Origin: Octopus sinensis
Lineage: Eukaryota
NCBI RefSeq assembly: GCF_006345805.1
Contig: NC_043003.1
Location: forward strand, 10,416,001-10,480,000
DNA: 64,000 nt
Direction: 5' to 3'
Shown here: piece after piece, positions 36,274 through 47,413 of the stretch
How the letters are laid out: each line of letters starts with the position of its first letter
Position numbering within the stretch: position 1 is the stretch's first letter
Translations under genes and position numbers: made by a program
Notes under the pieces: generated by a model
The model's input: only the letters and a program-made list of their open reading frames with translations
Told to the model about the DNA's origin: nothing
Databases searched by the model: none

Positions 36274-37971
36274 TATTTCATATGATTTGCCACTAGGGCA
36301 GTACAAAGAGTAGCTGCGGGCTGGACAAAAAACATTAATGAATGATGGTGATGGATGAAGATGGTGATGGGAGAAGACGAAAGCGCCCGCTGACTTTCGC
36401 TTCTCTAAGACATTGTTCAAAATTTGACAAATTCAATAATTTACAAATTTTAAAAGAGGCAATAAACCTCTTTTTCAGTATGATACGAAATGTTCAATAG
36501 GCCTATGTAACCCGGCCGACCATCGCTCTTGCCTCACCGAGGCAATAATCGCCTTGGGCCACGGGAGGTTGAGGTTCCGGAGTTGCACACACCGGGTTCT
36601 CTTCTCCCGCAGTTTCCAGGTCTTTTGGTGGGTCGCCATTGCTCCCCACCTTTCTTTTTCTTTTGGAGGAAGTCTTTGCTTCCTCATTCTGTTTCTCTCC
36701 CTCCATTGGGGAGGCAGGGAGAGGCTCCGATATCAACTGCTCCAGGATCCTACTCTGGTCCCTGGGGCAGTTCTTCTTAATGTGGCCGGTTTCCAGACAC
36801 AGGTGACAGTTGGGGGGCGTCCCTCAAGCAACACCGGATACCTGTACCCGGCCATCCTCAGAAAGTCCGGCAATCCCAGACTTTTGGCTGATTGGGTCCA
36901 TAGGGTCAAAGTGGCCTTTGGCCCCTCCCAATCAGCCGCAGGCTGTATTCTAACATTTATGATCTTAGTGCTACTATCACCCAGACCCCGGCGGATAGTC
37001 TTCTATCCACTCGGGTTCAATGCCGGGTGGCAGACCGCAGATCCATAATCTTATTAATTTTTCTCCCTTGTAACTAGGGAGAAACAAAATCTCTTTGCCC
37101 TCAATGGGCTTGCTTGCGAAATCGCAAGCTGCTTTGGGGGAGTCAAACAGCAACCAAACCGTTGCGTATTTGGCTCCCCGTGCAATGTATTTCCCGGCTG
37201 GCATGTAGTCTGCCAGCTCATCAATAATTGTTGCCTTCGGAAAGACAGCGATGGTGCTGAGCGACTTTGAATAAGTCCTCAGCACCATGGTCTTATCCTC
37301 CAGCTGTTTTAAATACTTTTGGGGAGTTTCCAGCTCCCACACAATTAGTTATTTTGCCATTTTTAACAAAATGCAATACCAGTTAAAAAACAAAATGCAA
37401 TACCAGTTAAAATACAAATGCGACAGGAAGTAAGAGAAAACAAAATGGAAGCGAAGAATTACAGTAAAAATACAGTTCAGAGAGTTCAAATAAAAGATAG
37501 CTAGAAGGAAGAGAGTTCAAATTGGCAAAGAATTAATATTTTTTTTGGCCGAAAAGGTAGTCCTGGCCAAGCGTCAACAGCAATCCCTGGTTATTCTTGG
37601 TGCCTCCTAGTAATTCCAAAAAACGGTCCTCGAATATCACTGGTGCCTCCTGGTATATCCAATTGAATCAATATTTTTGAAGAGGGGCTACGCCTCCTCA
37701 AAAACCACAATTCTCACTAAAATGTGAGACTTTAAACTCGACAACAGGCAGAAAGATTATATCTGGAGCAAAGTGGAGTGTATTACCCGCTAAAAAAATA
37801 TTAAATGCTAAATAACATTAACTGCTAAATAACATTATAAGCAAGCAATAAACCTCAGTAAGCCCCTAAAAATATAAAACGTCCTACCTGTCGTCGTCAA
37901 AAAGTTCAATATTTCACGTGGCAACACGTGACATTCGGAGCAGCAATGAAAACACGTCCGACCAAGTCAGA
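36274..37971 (-). mobile_element. U18: class-B ORF1-only element with internal deletion near 36550
   Basis: Near copy of U19 lacking about 330 bp (aataatcgc joined to cttgggccacggg). Confidence 0.85.
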
Positions 37972-37987
37972 GGTTAGCGAGCTACTT

Positions 37988-40024
37988 TATTTCAAAAAAT
38001 TTTGCCACTAGGGCAGCACACAGAGTAGCTACGGGCTGGACAAGGACATTAATGAATGATGGTGATGGAGGAAGATGGTGATGGGAGAAGACAAAAGCGC
38101 CCGCCGACTTTCGCTTCTCTAAAACATTGTTCAAAATTAACATTTAGTACAATTTACAAATTTTAGAGGAGGCAATGAACCTCCTCTTTAATATGTTACA
38201 GAAAATGTTCAAAAAGCCTATGTAACCCGGCCGACCATCGCTCTTGCCTCATCGAGGCAATAATCGCTGGTCAGGTCGGGGTCCATAGGTATAATCTTGT
38301 ACGAGTCCACCGAGAAGGAACCCACGATCCTGCCTAGATTACCCCTTTCTACGACCTCCGCAGTCAACTGCGAAGGCCACTTGGGGTCCTCCGTACAAGA
38401 CCGGAGTCCCTCCCAATGTCCTCTTTTTCTCATGTGTACGGTGTTCTCCACCGTTTCTCCTTTAAAAAAGAGGAGCACACAGTCTTCTACAAATTGTCCC
38501 TCAGGCGGCACACCCGCCTGAGAGGACCCGGGATACTCGGGAAACGCCGTCTGCGTGTTACACTCCGCCGGCGGCGTTCCGTTTCTCCTTTCTTTTTTTT
38601 TGCCTTGGGCCACGGGAGGTTGAGGTTCCGGAGCTGCACGCACCGGGTTCTCCTCTCCCGCAGCTTTTAGGTACTTTGGTGGGTCGCCATTGCTCCCCAC
38701 CTTTCTCTTTCTTTTGGAGGAGGTTTTTTCCCCCTCCTCATTTTGTTTCTCTCCCTCCATTGAGGAGGCAGGGAGAGGCTCCGATATCAGCCGCTCCAGG
38801 ATCCTACTCTGGTCCCTGGGGCAGTTCTTTTTGATGTGGCCAGTCTCCAAACACAGGTGACACTTGGGGGGCGTCCCTCAAGCATCACCGGATACTTGGA
38901 CCCGGCCATTCTCAAAAAGTCCGGCAAAACCAGACTCTTGGCTGACTGGGTCCATAGGGTCAAAGTAGCCTTTGACCCCTCCCAATCAGCCGCAGGTTGT
39001 ATCCTAACATTTAGGATGTTTGCGTTACTACCACCGAGACCCCGGCGGATAGTCTTCTATCCACTCGGGTTCAATGCCGGGTGGCAGGCCACAGACCCAT
39101 AGTCTTGTTAATTTTTCTCCCTTGTAACTCGGGAGAAACAAGATCTCTTTGCCCTCAATGGGCTTGCTTGCGAAATCGCAAGCAGCTTTTGGGGAGTCAA
39201 ACAGCAACCAAACTGTTGCGTATTTGGCTCCCCGTGTAATGTATTTCACGGCTGGCATATAATCTGCCAGCTCGTCAATTATTTTTGCCTTCGGAAAGAC
39301 CGTGATGGTGTTGAGCGACTTTGAATAAGTCCTCAGTACCACGGTCTTGTCCTCCAGCTGTTTTACATACTTTTTGGGAGTTTCCAGCTCCCACACAATA
39401 AGTTCTTTGCCATTTTTAAAACCAAATGCAAAAACAGTTCAAATAGGAGCAAACAAAAGTGACAGAAAGTAGGAAGAGAAAACAAAACGGAAACGAAGAA
39501 TTACGGTAAAATTACAGTTCAGAGTTCAAATAAAGGATAGCTAGAAGAAAGAGAGTTCAAATATGGCAAAGAATTATTTTTTTTTGGCCGAAAAGGTAGT
39601 CCAGGCCAAGCGTCAACGGCAATCCTTGGTTATTCTGGTACTTGCAAAAACAGTCCACGAATGTCCCTGGTGCCTCCTGGTAATCCAAAAGTGATTCAAT
39701 AGGTAATCCAAAAATGAATCAAAATATTTTTGAGGAGGGGCTACGCCTCCTCAAAAAACACAATACTCACTAAAAAGTGAGTCTTTAAATTCGACAACAG
39801 ACAGAAAGATTACATCTGGAGCAAAGTGGAGTTTATTACCCGCAAAAAAAATATTAATGCTAAATAACATTAACTGTTAAATAACATTAAAAGCAAGCAA
39901 TTATACCTCACTAAGCCCCTAAAAATATAAAACGTCCTACCTGTCGTCGTCAAAAAGTTCAATATTTCACGTGGCAACACGTGACATTCGAAGCAGCAAT
40001 GAAAACACGTCCGACCAAGTCGAT
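37988..40024 (-). mobile_element. U19: class-B ORF1-only element, ORF 38218-39412 frameshifted
   Basis: WELETPKKY, ETGHIKKNC, DPKWPSQLTAEV. Confidence 0.85.
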
Positions 40025-40040
40025 GGTTAGCGAGCTACTT

Positions 40041-41515
40041 TATTTCAATTATTTTGCCATAAAGGCATTACACAGAGGGGACACTACAAAAACATGTGGA
40101 AACATATAACAATTAAGAATATGTAAAAATAAAATGATACTGTGAGTGACATGAAAACGAACGTGATAAAATAAATTAAGTTTATGATAACATGCTTGAT
40201 ATCTGAAAATGAAAATATGAAGAGTGTGCTACTCACCCCACTCTTAGCAACACCACTCGCTGCCTTTGAGTCTGAATTCTTCTCTAATCTCTGGTCTAGT
40301 CCTTCTTTTTCCACTCTCACTATCGCTTAATAACATTCTTTCGCAACCTTTTTCACCGGGGGAGGGGTTTTCTAAATTCTGTGGTGTCTGCTCTTTTTTC
40401 TTTTTCTTTTTTTCTTGTGGGGAAAGGGAGTGGGTGGGTCTGGTGTCTGTATGGGGCGGGTGGGTCTGAGTGGTCTTGGGTGGGATGGAGTTGGACTGGG
40501 GTACCATTTCACACCGTGTTCTTTCTTTTCCTCTTCTTACTTCTACTCTCTGCTACTATCCATTCTTCCTCCTTTCGTCCGTCTTTCTTTTCATCCTCTT
40601 TTTTCTCCTTCGTCTCCGCAACTGGTTCATCTATTTTTTCCTCTATCTTTTTCTTCTGTAGGGGGCAGTGTGCTCTAATGTGGCCTTTTTGGCCACATTT
40701 AAAGCACCGCGTGGTTCTGCCTTCTACCCATACTCTCAATACTATTTCTCCCATCGTCACCGTTTCCGCCAAATTTTCCAGCTCCTTCGCCTCCACTTGT
40801 ATGATCATTTCCAGTAATTTTCCTTTGTAGCTTCCTTCCTCTGTCTCTGTGACTTGGAGGACAGTCACCTCCTCAATTCCAACGAGGACGGCTGCCGAAA
40901 CCCAAGCCACTTTTATGTCAGGTGGAATTCCTTCTACCCTCACCTTAGAATTCTTTCTTCCAAGATAGGAGGGTAGAAGTACTAGTTCCTCAGTTTTTAC
41001 GGTTGTACTTGCCAGCTTCTTCGCCTCCTCTTCTGTTTTAAACTGGACAACAACCGTCCCATATCCGCTTCCTTTTGCTATATATGTTACTTCCTTCGAA
41101 AGCCCCTTGAGAGCTTTTTTTACTTTTTCCATCTTCATCTGCTCCACCTTCCTACTCTCCACTGAGTGCACCTTGTAGGTAATTTTCTTTTCCATATTTG
41201 CCATAACCGTTTTCGGGGGTAATAACTTTACGTCACTTCCCACCTTCTGTGTCATCTTATACAGCTCCTTCAGTTCTGTTAGGTCTACTTCCTTTTTCTT
41301 TACCTCTGCCGCATCAGCAAAACTTTTTGTTCTTTCCAAATGTTCGTCCATTCTGTTTACCGCCTTAACGAGCTCCTCCTCTGATGTGGATAGTTCGTAC
41401 TCGCTAAGGTCTGAATACATTCTTTTCCACTCGCCAACAAACCGCTGGCGAGCAGCTCAAAGGATTCTGTCCGCCTAGTCAAAACTCAACACAGCAAATA
41501 ACTCGACGCATGCGC
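40041..41515 (-). mobile_element. U20: class-A ORF1-only element (U12 relative)
   Basis: ORF 40509-41420 plus tail ttgccataaaggcattacacagaggggac. Confidence 0.85.
40509..41420 (-). CDS. Class-A ORF1, 303 aa
   Basis: ATG start, MYSDLSEYELSTSEEEL, RRM-like region, CFKCGQKGHIRAHC. Confidence 0.75.
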   Translation of the reverse strand: MYSDLSEYELSTSEEELVKAVNRMDEHLERTKSFADAAEVKKKEVDLTELKELYKMTQKVGSDVKLLPPKTVMANMEKKITYKVHSVESRKVEQMKMEKVKKALKGLSKEVTYIAKGSGYGTVVVQFKTEEEAKKLASTTVKTEELVLLPSYLGRKNSKVRVEGIPPDIKVAWVSAAVLVGIEEVTVLQVTETEEGSYKGKLLEMIIQVEAKELENLAETVTMGEIVLRVWVEGRTTRCFKCGQKGHIRAHCPLQKKKIEEKIDEPVAETKEKKEDEKKDGRKEEEWIVAESRSKKRKRKNTV

Positions 41516-41530
41516 GTTAGCGAGCTACTT

Positions 41531-43607
41531 TATTTCAACAATTTTGCCACTAGGGCAGTACACAGAGTAGCTACGGGCTGGACAAAGACATTAATGGATG
41601 AAGATGGTGATGGGAGAAGTCAAAAAGCGCCCGCCGACTTCCGCTTCTCTAAGACATTGTTTTTGTTTTTTTTCAATAAGTTCAATTTTCTTTTTTTCCT
41701 TAGTTTCAATAAATCGACATGAGGTTGCAAACCTCTTACACGAAGGAGGCACTAAAACCTCTTACAAAAGTCTTTTTTTCATTTCTTTTGCCACAAGGGC
41801 AGTGTATGAATTCACAAAAATTCTCCCTGTCAGGTCCCCGAAGCAAATTGTCTTGCCGCCTGCAGACAACTCTGCGACGACAAGTCGAGGCCTGCAAAGA
41901 GAAAAGTAAAATGTTTCCTCTCAAAGGTCTTTGTGACCCTTGACAAAATGTTTTCCGTTACTACCTCCGCAGCTACCCGCGGAGGCCATAACGGACTCCT
42001 TGAGCTGACCGTGTCCTTGCGTTCTCGGTCACCCAAGCCATCCAAAAACTTTTCCACCTTCCCTCCCTTGTGGTAAAGGAGGAGAAACAACTCCTCTTCA
42101 CAGGAAGGGACCTCACACTGATCCGTCAGTGGCACACTTTCCACTGACGGAGCACTGTCCGCGGGTGGCGCACGTCCCACCTGCGGCTCCGTCGGCGGCA
42201 CAGAAACGTCAGCCGCCCGACCTCCCTTTCTTTTTCTCCTCCTTCTTTTGGGGGAGACTGCTGACCCAGGGGACTCCGTCACCAGACACGAGGGATCGCT
42301 ATCCCCCTCCGCCACCTGAGCGTTCTTTGGCGAGCAACCACTGTTGCTCGCCTGTCTCTTTCTTTTCGTGGAGGCAACCTCCTCCACGACTTCCACCGTC
42401 TCCCCCTCCAATGAGGGTACGGCGGGCGCCTTTTCCCCTTCATGCTCCGGGGCACCACCACGGCCCCCGGGACAATTCCTCTTGATATGTCCGGGCTTCA
42501 GGCACAGGTGACACTTGGGGGGGGGGCGTCCCTCGAGTATCACCGGGTACCTGTGCCCAGCCATTCTCAGGAAGTCCGGGAATTTCATTTCTCCCACGGC
42601 CACCGGTGTCCACAGGGTTTAAGTTGCCTTTGACCCCTCCCAGGCGACCGCGGGAGCCATTTTCACACTCAGTAGCCTGGGCCCGCTATCCCCCAGGCCT
42701 CGCCGGATGGTCTTCTCGATCCATTCCGCCTCCATGCCCGGGGGCAGCCTACAAACCCAGGCTCTTTTTACTTTTCTGCCACAATACGAGGGGAGGAACA
42801 AAATTTCCTCTCCCTCCAGTGGCTCGCTCGCAAAGCTGCTAGCTTCCTCGGGGGTACCAAACAGCAACCACACCGTTGCAAATTTAGTCCCCCGAGAAAT
42901 AAACGTTATCGTTGGTAGGTGGTCCCCCAACTCTTTCTCTATGGTGCTCCTGTCGAAGAGGGCGATAGCTCCACGCGACCTAGAATAGGTTCGTAGGACC
43001 ACCGTCCTCTTCTCAAGACTTTCAATCCACTGCTTGGGTGGGACAACCTCCCATTCCAAAGCAGTGGTTTCTTTTGTTGCCATGATTTTGAAAAAAAGTT
43101 CAACTAAAAGTTCAAAGTCCAATAAGAAAAAAACACAATGACAGAACAGAAAGACAGAGCAGAGAAAAGGACGAAGGAAGACAGTTCAAATAATGGCAAC
43201 ACAGTTCTGCAACTGGTAATCCTCACGAAACAGGGTACTCCAGTTGCAGCACACTTGGTTCTCCGTGGTAAATCCAAGCACAATTGGTTCTCCCTGGTAA
43301 ATCCAAGCGAACAAATTAATTTTTGAGGAGGGGCTATGCCTCTCAAAACACACAATTCTCACTAAAAGGTGAGACAATAAATATGCCAACAGGCAGAACA
43401 AATACATCCGAAGCAAAGTGAAGCTTATTACGCGCAGAAAAGTGTTAACACTAATTAACATTAATGCCAAAAAAGTATTAACGGCAAGCAATAAACCTCA
43501 CTATGCTTCCAAAAATATCCAAAATGTCCTACCTGTTGCCGTAAAATGTTCAATATTTCACGTTAACACGTGACATTTGCCGGAGCAGCAAAAAAACACG
43601 TCTGTCT
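41531..43607 (-). mobile_element. U21: class-B ORF1-only element (MATKETT type), ORF 41830-43083 frameshifted
   Basis: GRPPPKCHLCLKPGHIKRNC, WPPRVAAEV. Confidence 0.85.
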
Positions 43608-43622
43608 GGTAAGAAGCTACTT

Positions 43623-45880
43623 TATTTCAACAATTTTGCCACTAGGGCAGTACACAGAGTAGCTACGGGCTGGACAAAGACATTAATGGATGATGGTGGT
43701 TGTGGATGAAGATGGTGATGGGAGAAGTCAAAAAGCGCCCGCCGACTTCCGCTTCTCTAAGACATTGTTCTTTTTTTTTTCAATAAGTTCAATTTTCTTT
43801 TTTTCCTTAGTTTCAATAAATCGACATGAGGTTGCAAACCTTTTACACGAAGGAGGCACTAAAACCTCTTACAAAGTTATTTTTTTCATTTCTCTTGCCA
43901 CAAGGGCAGTGTATGAATTCACAAAAATTCTCCCTGTCAGGTCCCCGAAGCAAATTGTCTTGCCGCCTGCAGACAACTCTGCGACGACAAGTCGAGGCCT
44001 GCAAAGAGAAAAGTAAAATGTTTCCTCTCAAAGGTTTTTGTGACCCTTGACAAAATGTTTTCCGTTACTACCTCCGCAGCTACCCGCGGAGGCCATAACG
44101 GACTCCTTGAGCTGACCGTGTCCTTGCGTTGTCGGTCACCCAAGCCATCCAAAAACTTTTCCACCTTCCCTCCCTTGTGGTAAAGGAGGAGAAACGACTC
44201 CTCTTCACAGGAAGGGACCTCACACTGATCCGTCAGTAGCACACTTTCCACTGACGGAGTCCTGTCCGCGGGTGGCACACATCCCACCCGCGGCTCCGTC
44301 GGCGACACAGAAACGTCAGACGTCCGACCTCTCCTTTTTCTCCTTCTTTTGGGGGAGACTGCTGACCCAGGGGACTCCGTCACCAGACACGGGGGAATGC
44401 TATCCCCCTTCGCCCCCTGAGCGTTCTTTGGTGGGCAACCGTTGTTGCTCGCCAGCCTCTTTCTTTTCGTGGAGGCAACCTCCTCCACGACTTCCACCGT
44501 CTCCCCCTCCAATGAGGGGACGGCGGGCACCTTTTCCTTTTCATGTTCCGGGGCGGCACCACGGCCCCCGGGACACTTCTTCTTAATATGTCCAGGCTCC
44601 GAGCACCGGTGACACTTGGGGGCGCGTCCCTCAAGCATCACCGGATACTTGGATCCGGCCATCTTCAAGAAGTCTGGCAAAACCAGACTCTTGGCCGACT
44701 GGGTCCACAGAGTCAAAGTAGCCTTTCCTCCTTCCCAGTTAGCCGCAGGCTGCATTTTCACATTCAGGATCTTGGCGCTACCACCGCTCAGACCCCGGCG
44801 GATGGAATCTTCCACCCACTCGGGCTCAAAGCCGGGCGGCAGGCCACAGACCCATAAACGTAACAATGTTTCCCCCTTGTAACTGGGGAGAAACAGAATC
44901 TCATCGCCCTCAATGGGCTGGCATGCAAATTTGCAAGCTGCTTCAGCGGAGTCAAATAGCAACCATACCGTTGCGTATTTGACTCCCCGTTGAATATGTT
45001 TAACGGCTGGCATATAATCTGCCAGCTCGTTCACAATGGTATCTCTCGGAAAAACCATTATGGTGTCGAGTGACTTTGAAAATGTTCTTTCCTCGAGTTC
45101 GTGTAAATATTTTTTGGGAGGTGTTAACTCCCACACAGTAAAATTCTTTGCCTTTGCCATAACGTAAAATACAATAGTTCAAAATGATAAACTAAAATTA
45201 GCCACAGAAAGGAGAATGAAAAATGCAACAGAAGGGAAGAAAATAAAAATGGCAGTTCAAAAAAGTTTTTACAAATAAATAATAGAGAGAGTTCAAATCA
45301 GGCAAAGGAATTCAGTTTTCTTTTTTTTTTTTTTTTTCACACTTCTTCGGCCAAAATATAATCCAGGCCAAATGCACTTGGTAAGACCCTTGGTAAATAA
45401 TCCTTGGTAATCCGTGGACACACAATGACAATTTCAAATAATTTTTTCAGACGGACTAAGCCGCTTCAAAAATACAATTTCTTTTCGCTCGACACAGGCA
45501 GAAAAACTATATCCGGAGCAAAGTGGCGCTCTATTACTTGCTAAAAAATATTAAATGCTAATAAAACTTCGCTTCGCTCGCAAAAATACAAAATTCCTAC
45601 CTTTAGTCGAGACGAAAGTTCAATATTTCACGTTGAAACAACGCGACATCAATACAATTTTCTTTCCACTCGACACAGGCAGAAAAATTATATCTGGAGC
45701 AGAGTGATGCCTTATTATCTGCTAAAAAACTATTTAATGCTAAAAAACATTAATGCAAGCAATAAAACTTCACTAAACTCCCAAAAATACAAAGTTCCTA
45801 CCTTTAGTCGAGACGAAAGTTCAACAATTCACGTTGAAACAACGCGACATTTGCCGGAGCAAAAAACAACACGTCTGTAT
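43623..45880 (-). mobile_element. U22: class-B ORF1-only element, mosaic, with duplicated 5' UTR monomer
   Basis: Open ORF 43937-45160; 3' half near-identical to U21, 5' half like U23. Confidence 0.85.
43937..45160 (-). CDS. Class-B ORF1, open 407-aa frame (RRM-like x2, CCHC, C-terminal module)
   Basis: ATG to stop without breaks; CHRCSEPGHIKKKC. Confidence 0.8.
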   Translation of the reverse strand: MAKAKNFTVWELTPPKKYLHELEERTFSKSLDTIMVFPRDTIVNELADYMPAVKHIQRGVKYATVWLLFDSAEAACKFACQPIEGDEILFLPSYKGETLLRLWVCGLPPGFEPEWVEDSIRRGLSGGSAKILNVKMQPAANWEGGKATLTLWTQSAKSLVLPDFLKMAGSKYPVMLEGRAPKCHRCSEPGHIKKKCPGGRGAAPEHEKEKVPAVPSLEGETVEVVEEVASTKRKRLASNNGCPPKNAQGAKGDSIPPCLVTESPGSAVSPKRRRKRRGRTSDVSVSPTEPRVGCVPPADRTPSVESVLLTDQCEVPSCEEESFLLLYHKGGKVEKFLDGLGDRQRKDTVSSRSPLWPPRVAAEVVTENILSRVTKTFERKHFTFLFAGLDLSSQSCLQAARQFASGT

Positions 45881-45895
45881 GGTAAGAAGCTACTT

Positions 45896-47376
45896 TATTT
45901 TATTTTATTTGCCACTTAGGGCATCACACAGAGGTAGCGGTAGCTTCGGGCTGGACAGGGACATTAATGGATTATGGTAATGATTGATGAAAATGGTGAT
46001 GGGAGAAGTCAGAAGCGCCCGTCGACCTCTGCCTCTCTAATACAATGTTCGTTTTACAATGTTTTTAAATTTTACAAAATTCAAAATTCAAAAATTTCAG
46101 AAAATAACAGTGTTCAATGAATACATTTAGTAAAATGTTCAAAAATGTTCAAAAATGTTCAAAAAGTGTTTAACAATTCTCCCCGTCAGGTCCCCGAAGC
46201 AAATTGTCTTGCTGCCTGCAGACAACTCTGCGACGACAAGTCGGGGCCTGCGAAGAGAAAGGTAAAGTGCCTTCTTTCAAAGGTCTCTGCGACCCTTGAT
46301 AAGATAGCCTCCGTTACCCTTTCCGCAGCTACCCACGGAAAAACCAGACTCTTGGCCGACTGGGTCCACAGAGTCAAAGTGGCCTTTGACCCTTCCCAGT
46401 TAGCCGCAGGCTGTATTTTAACGTTGAGGATCTTGGCGTCCCTGTCACCCAGCCCCCGGCGGATAGTCTTCTATCCACTCGGGTTCAAAGCCGGGCGGCA
46501 GGCCACATACCCACAAACGTAACAGTTTTTCCCCCCTGTAACTGGGGAGAAACAGAATTTCATTGCCCTCAATGGGCTGGCTTGCACATTTGCAAGCTTC
46601 TTCGGCGGAGTCAAATAGCAACCAGACCGTTGCGTACTTGACCCCGCGTTGTATATGTTTAACGGCTGGCATATAATCTGCCAGCTCGTTCTCAATGGTA
46701 TCTCTCGGAAAGACCATTATGGTGTCGAGTACCTTTGAAAATGTTCTCAGCACCACTGTTCTTTCCTCAAGATCATGTAAATATTTTTTGGGAGGTGCCA
46801 ACTCCCACACAGTAAAATTCCTTGCCTTCGCCATAACGTAAAATACAATAGTTCAATAATAACTAAATTTAGCCACAGAAAGGAGAATAAAAATGTAACA
46901 GAAGGGAAGAAAAAATAAAAATGGCAGTTCAAAAAAGTTTTTAACAAATAAATGATAGAAGAGAAAGAGAGTTCAAATTAGGCAAAGGAATTCAGTTTTC
47001 TTTTTTTTCTCACTTCTTCGGCCAGAATGTAATCCGTGCCAAATGCATTGGTAAGACCCTTGGTAAACAATCCTTGGTAATCCCGTGGACACACAATGAC
47101 GATTTCACAATAATCTCTTCAGTCGGACCAAGCCGCTTCAAAAATACAATTTCTTTCGCTCGACACCGGCAGAAAAATTACATTCGGAGAAAAGTGGAGC
47201 CTTATTACTTTCTAAAAAATATTAAATGTTAAAAAACATTCATGCAAGCAATAAAGCTTCACTAAACTCACAAAAACACAAAATTCCTACCTTTAGTCGA
47301 GACGAAAGTTCAATATTTCGCGTTGAAACAACACGACATCTGGAGCAGCAAAAAAAACACGTCTAACTCAGACGAA
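45896..47376 (-). mobile_element. U23: class-B ORF1-only element with a large internal deletion near 46335
   Basis: TQSAKSLVF joined directly to PWVAAERV; knuckle and linker missing. Confidence 0.8.
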
Positions 47377-47413
47377 GGTAAGAAGCTACTTAGCACACAG
47401 CCACTCCTGCGCC

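Noticed and set aside
22493-47376. Array as a simple satellite or segmental duplication
   Set aside because: Unit order is aperiodic, two ORF1 classes are mixed and divergence is uneven. Duplication may explain some neighbours (U18/U19, U21/U22) but not the whole array
22448-47391. CRISPR-like repeat-spacer array
   Set aside because: Repeats are ~15 bp, spacers are 1.4-4.3 kb homologous coding units, no cas genes, eukaryotic context
22448-47391. Tail+junction+5' UTR read as shared LTRs of tandem LTR elements
   Set aside because: No TG..CA ends, PBS or PPT; the junction at 47377 has the 5' part without any tail; tails are homologous to those of APE-RT LINEs
22448-47391. Spliced-leader or U1/U2 snRNA gene target (GGTAAG / CTTACC similarity)
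   Set aside because: No Sm site or snRNA body nearby; most copies read GTTAG; the SINE-head continuation explains the motif better
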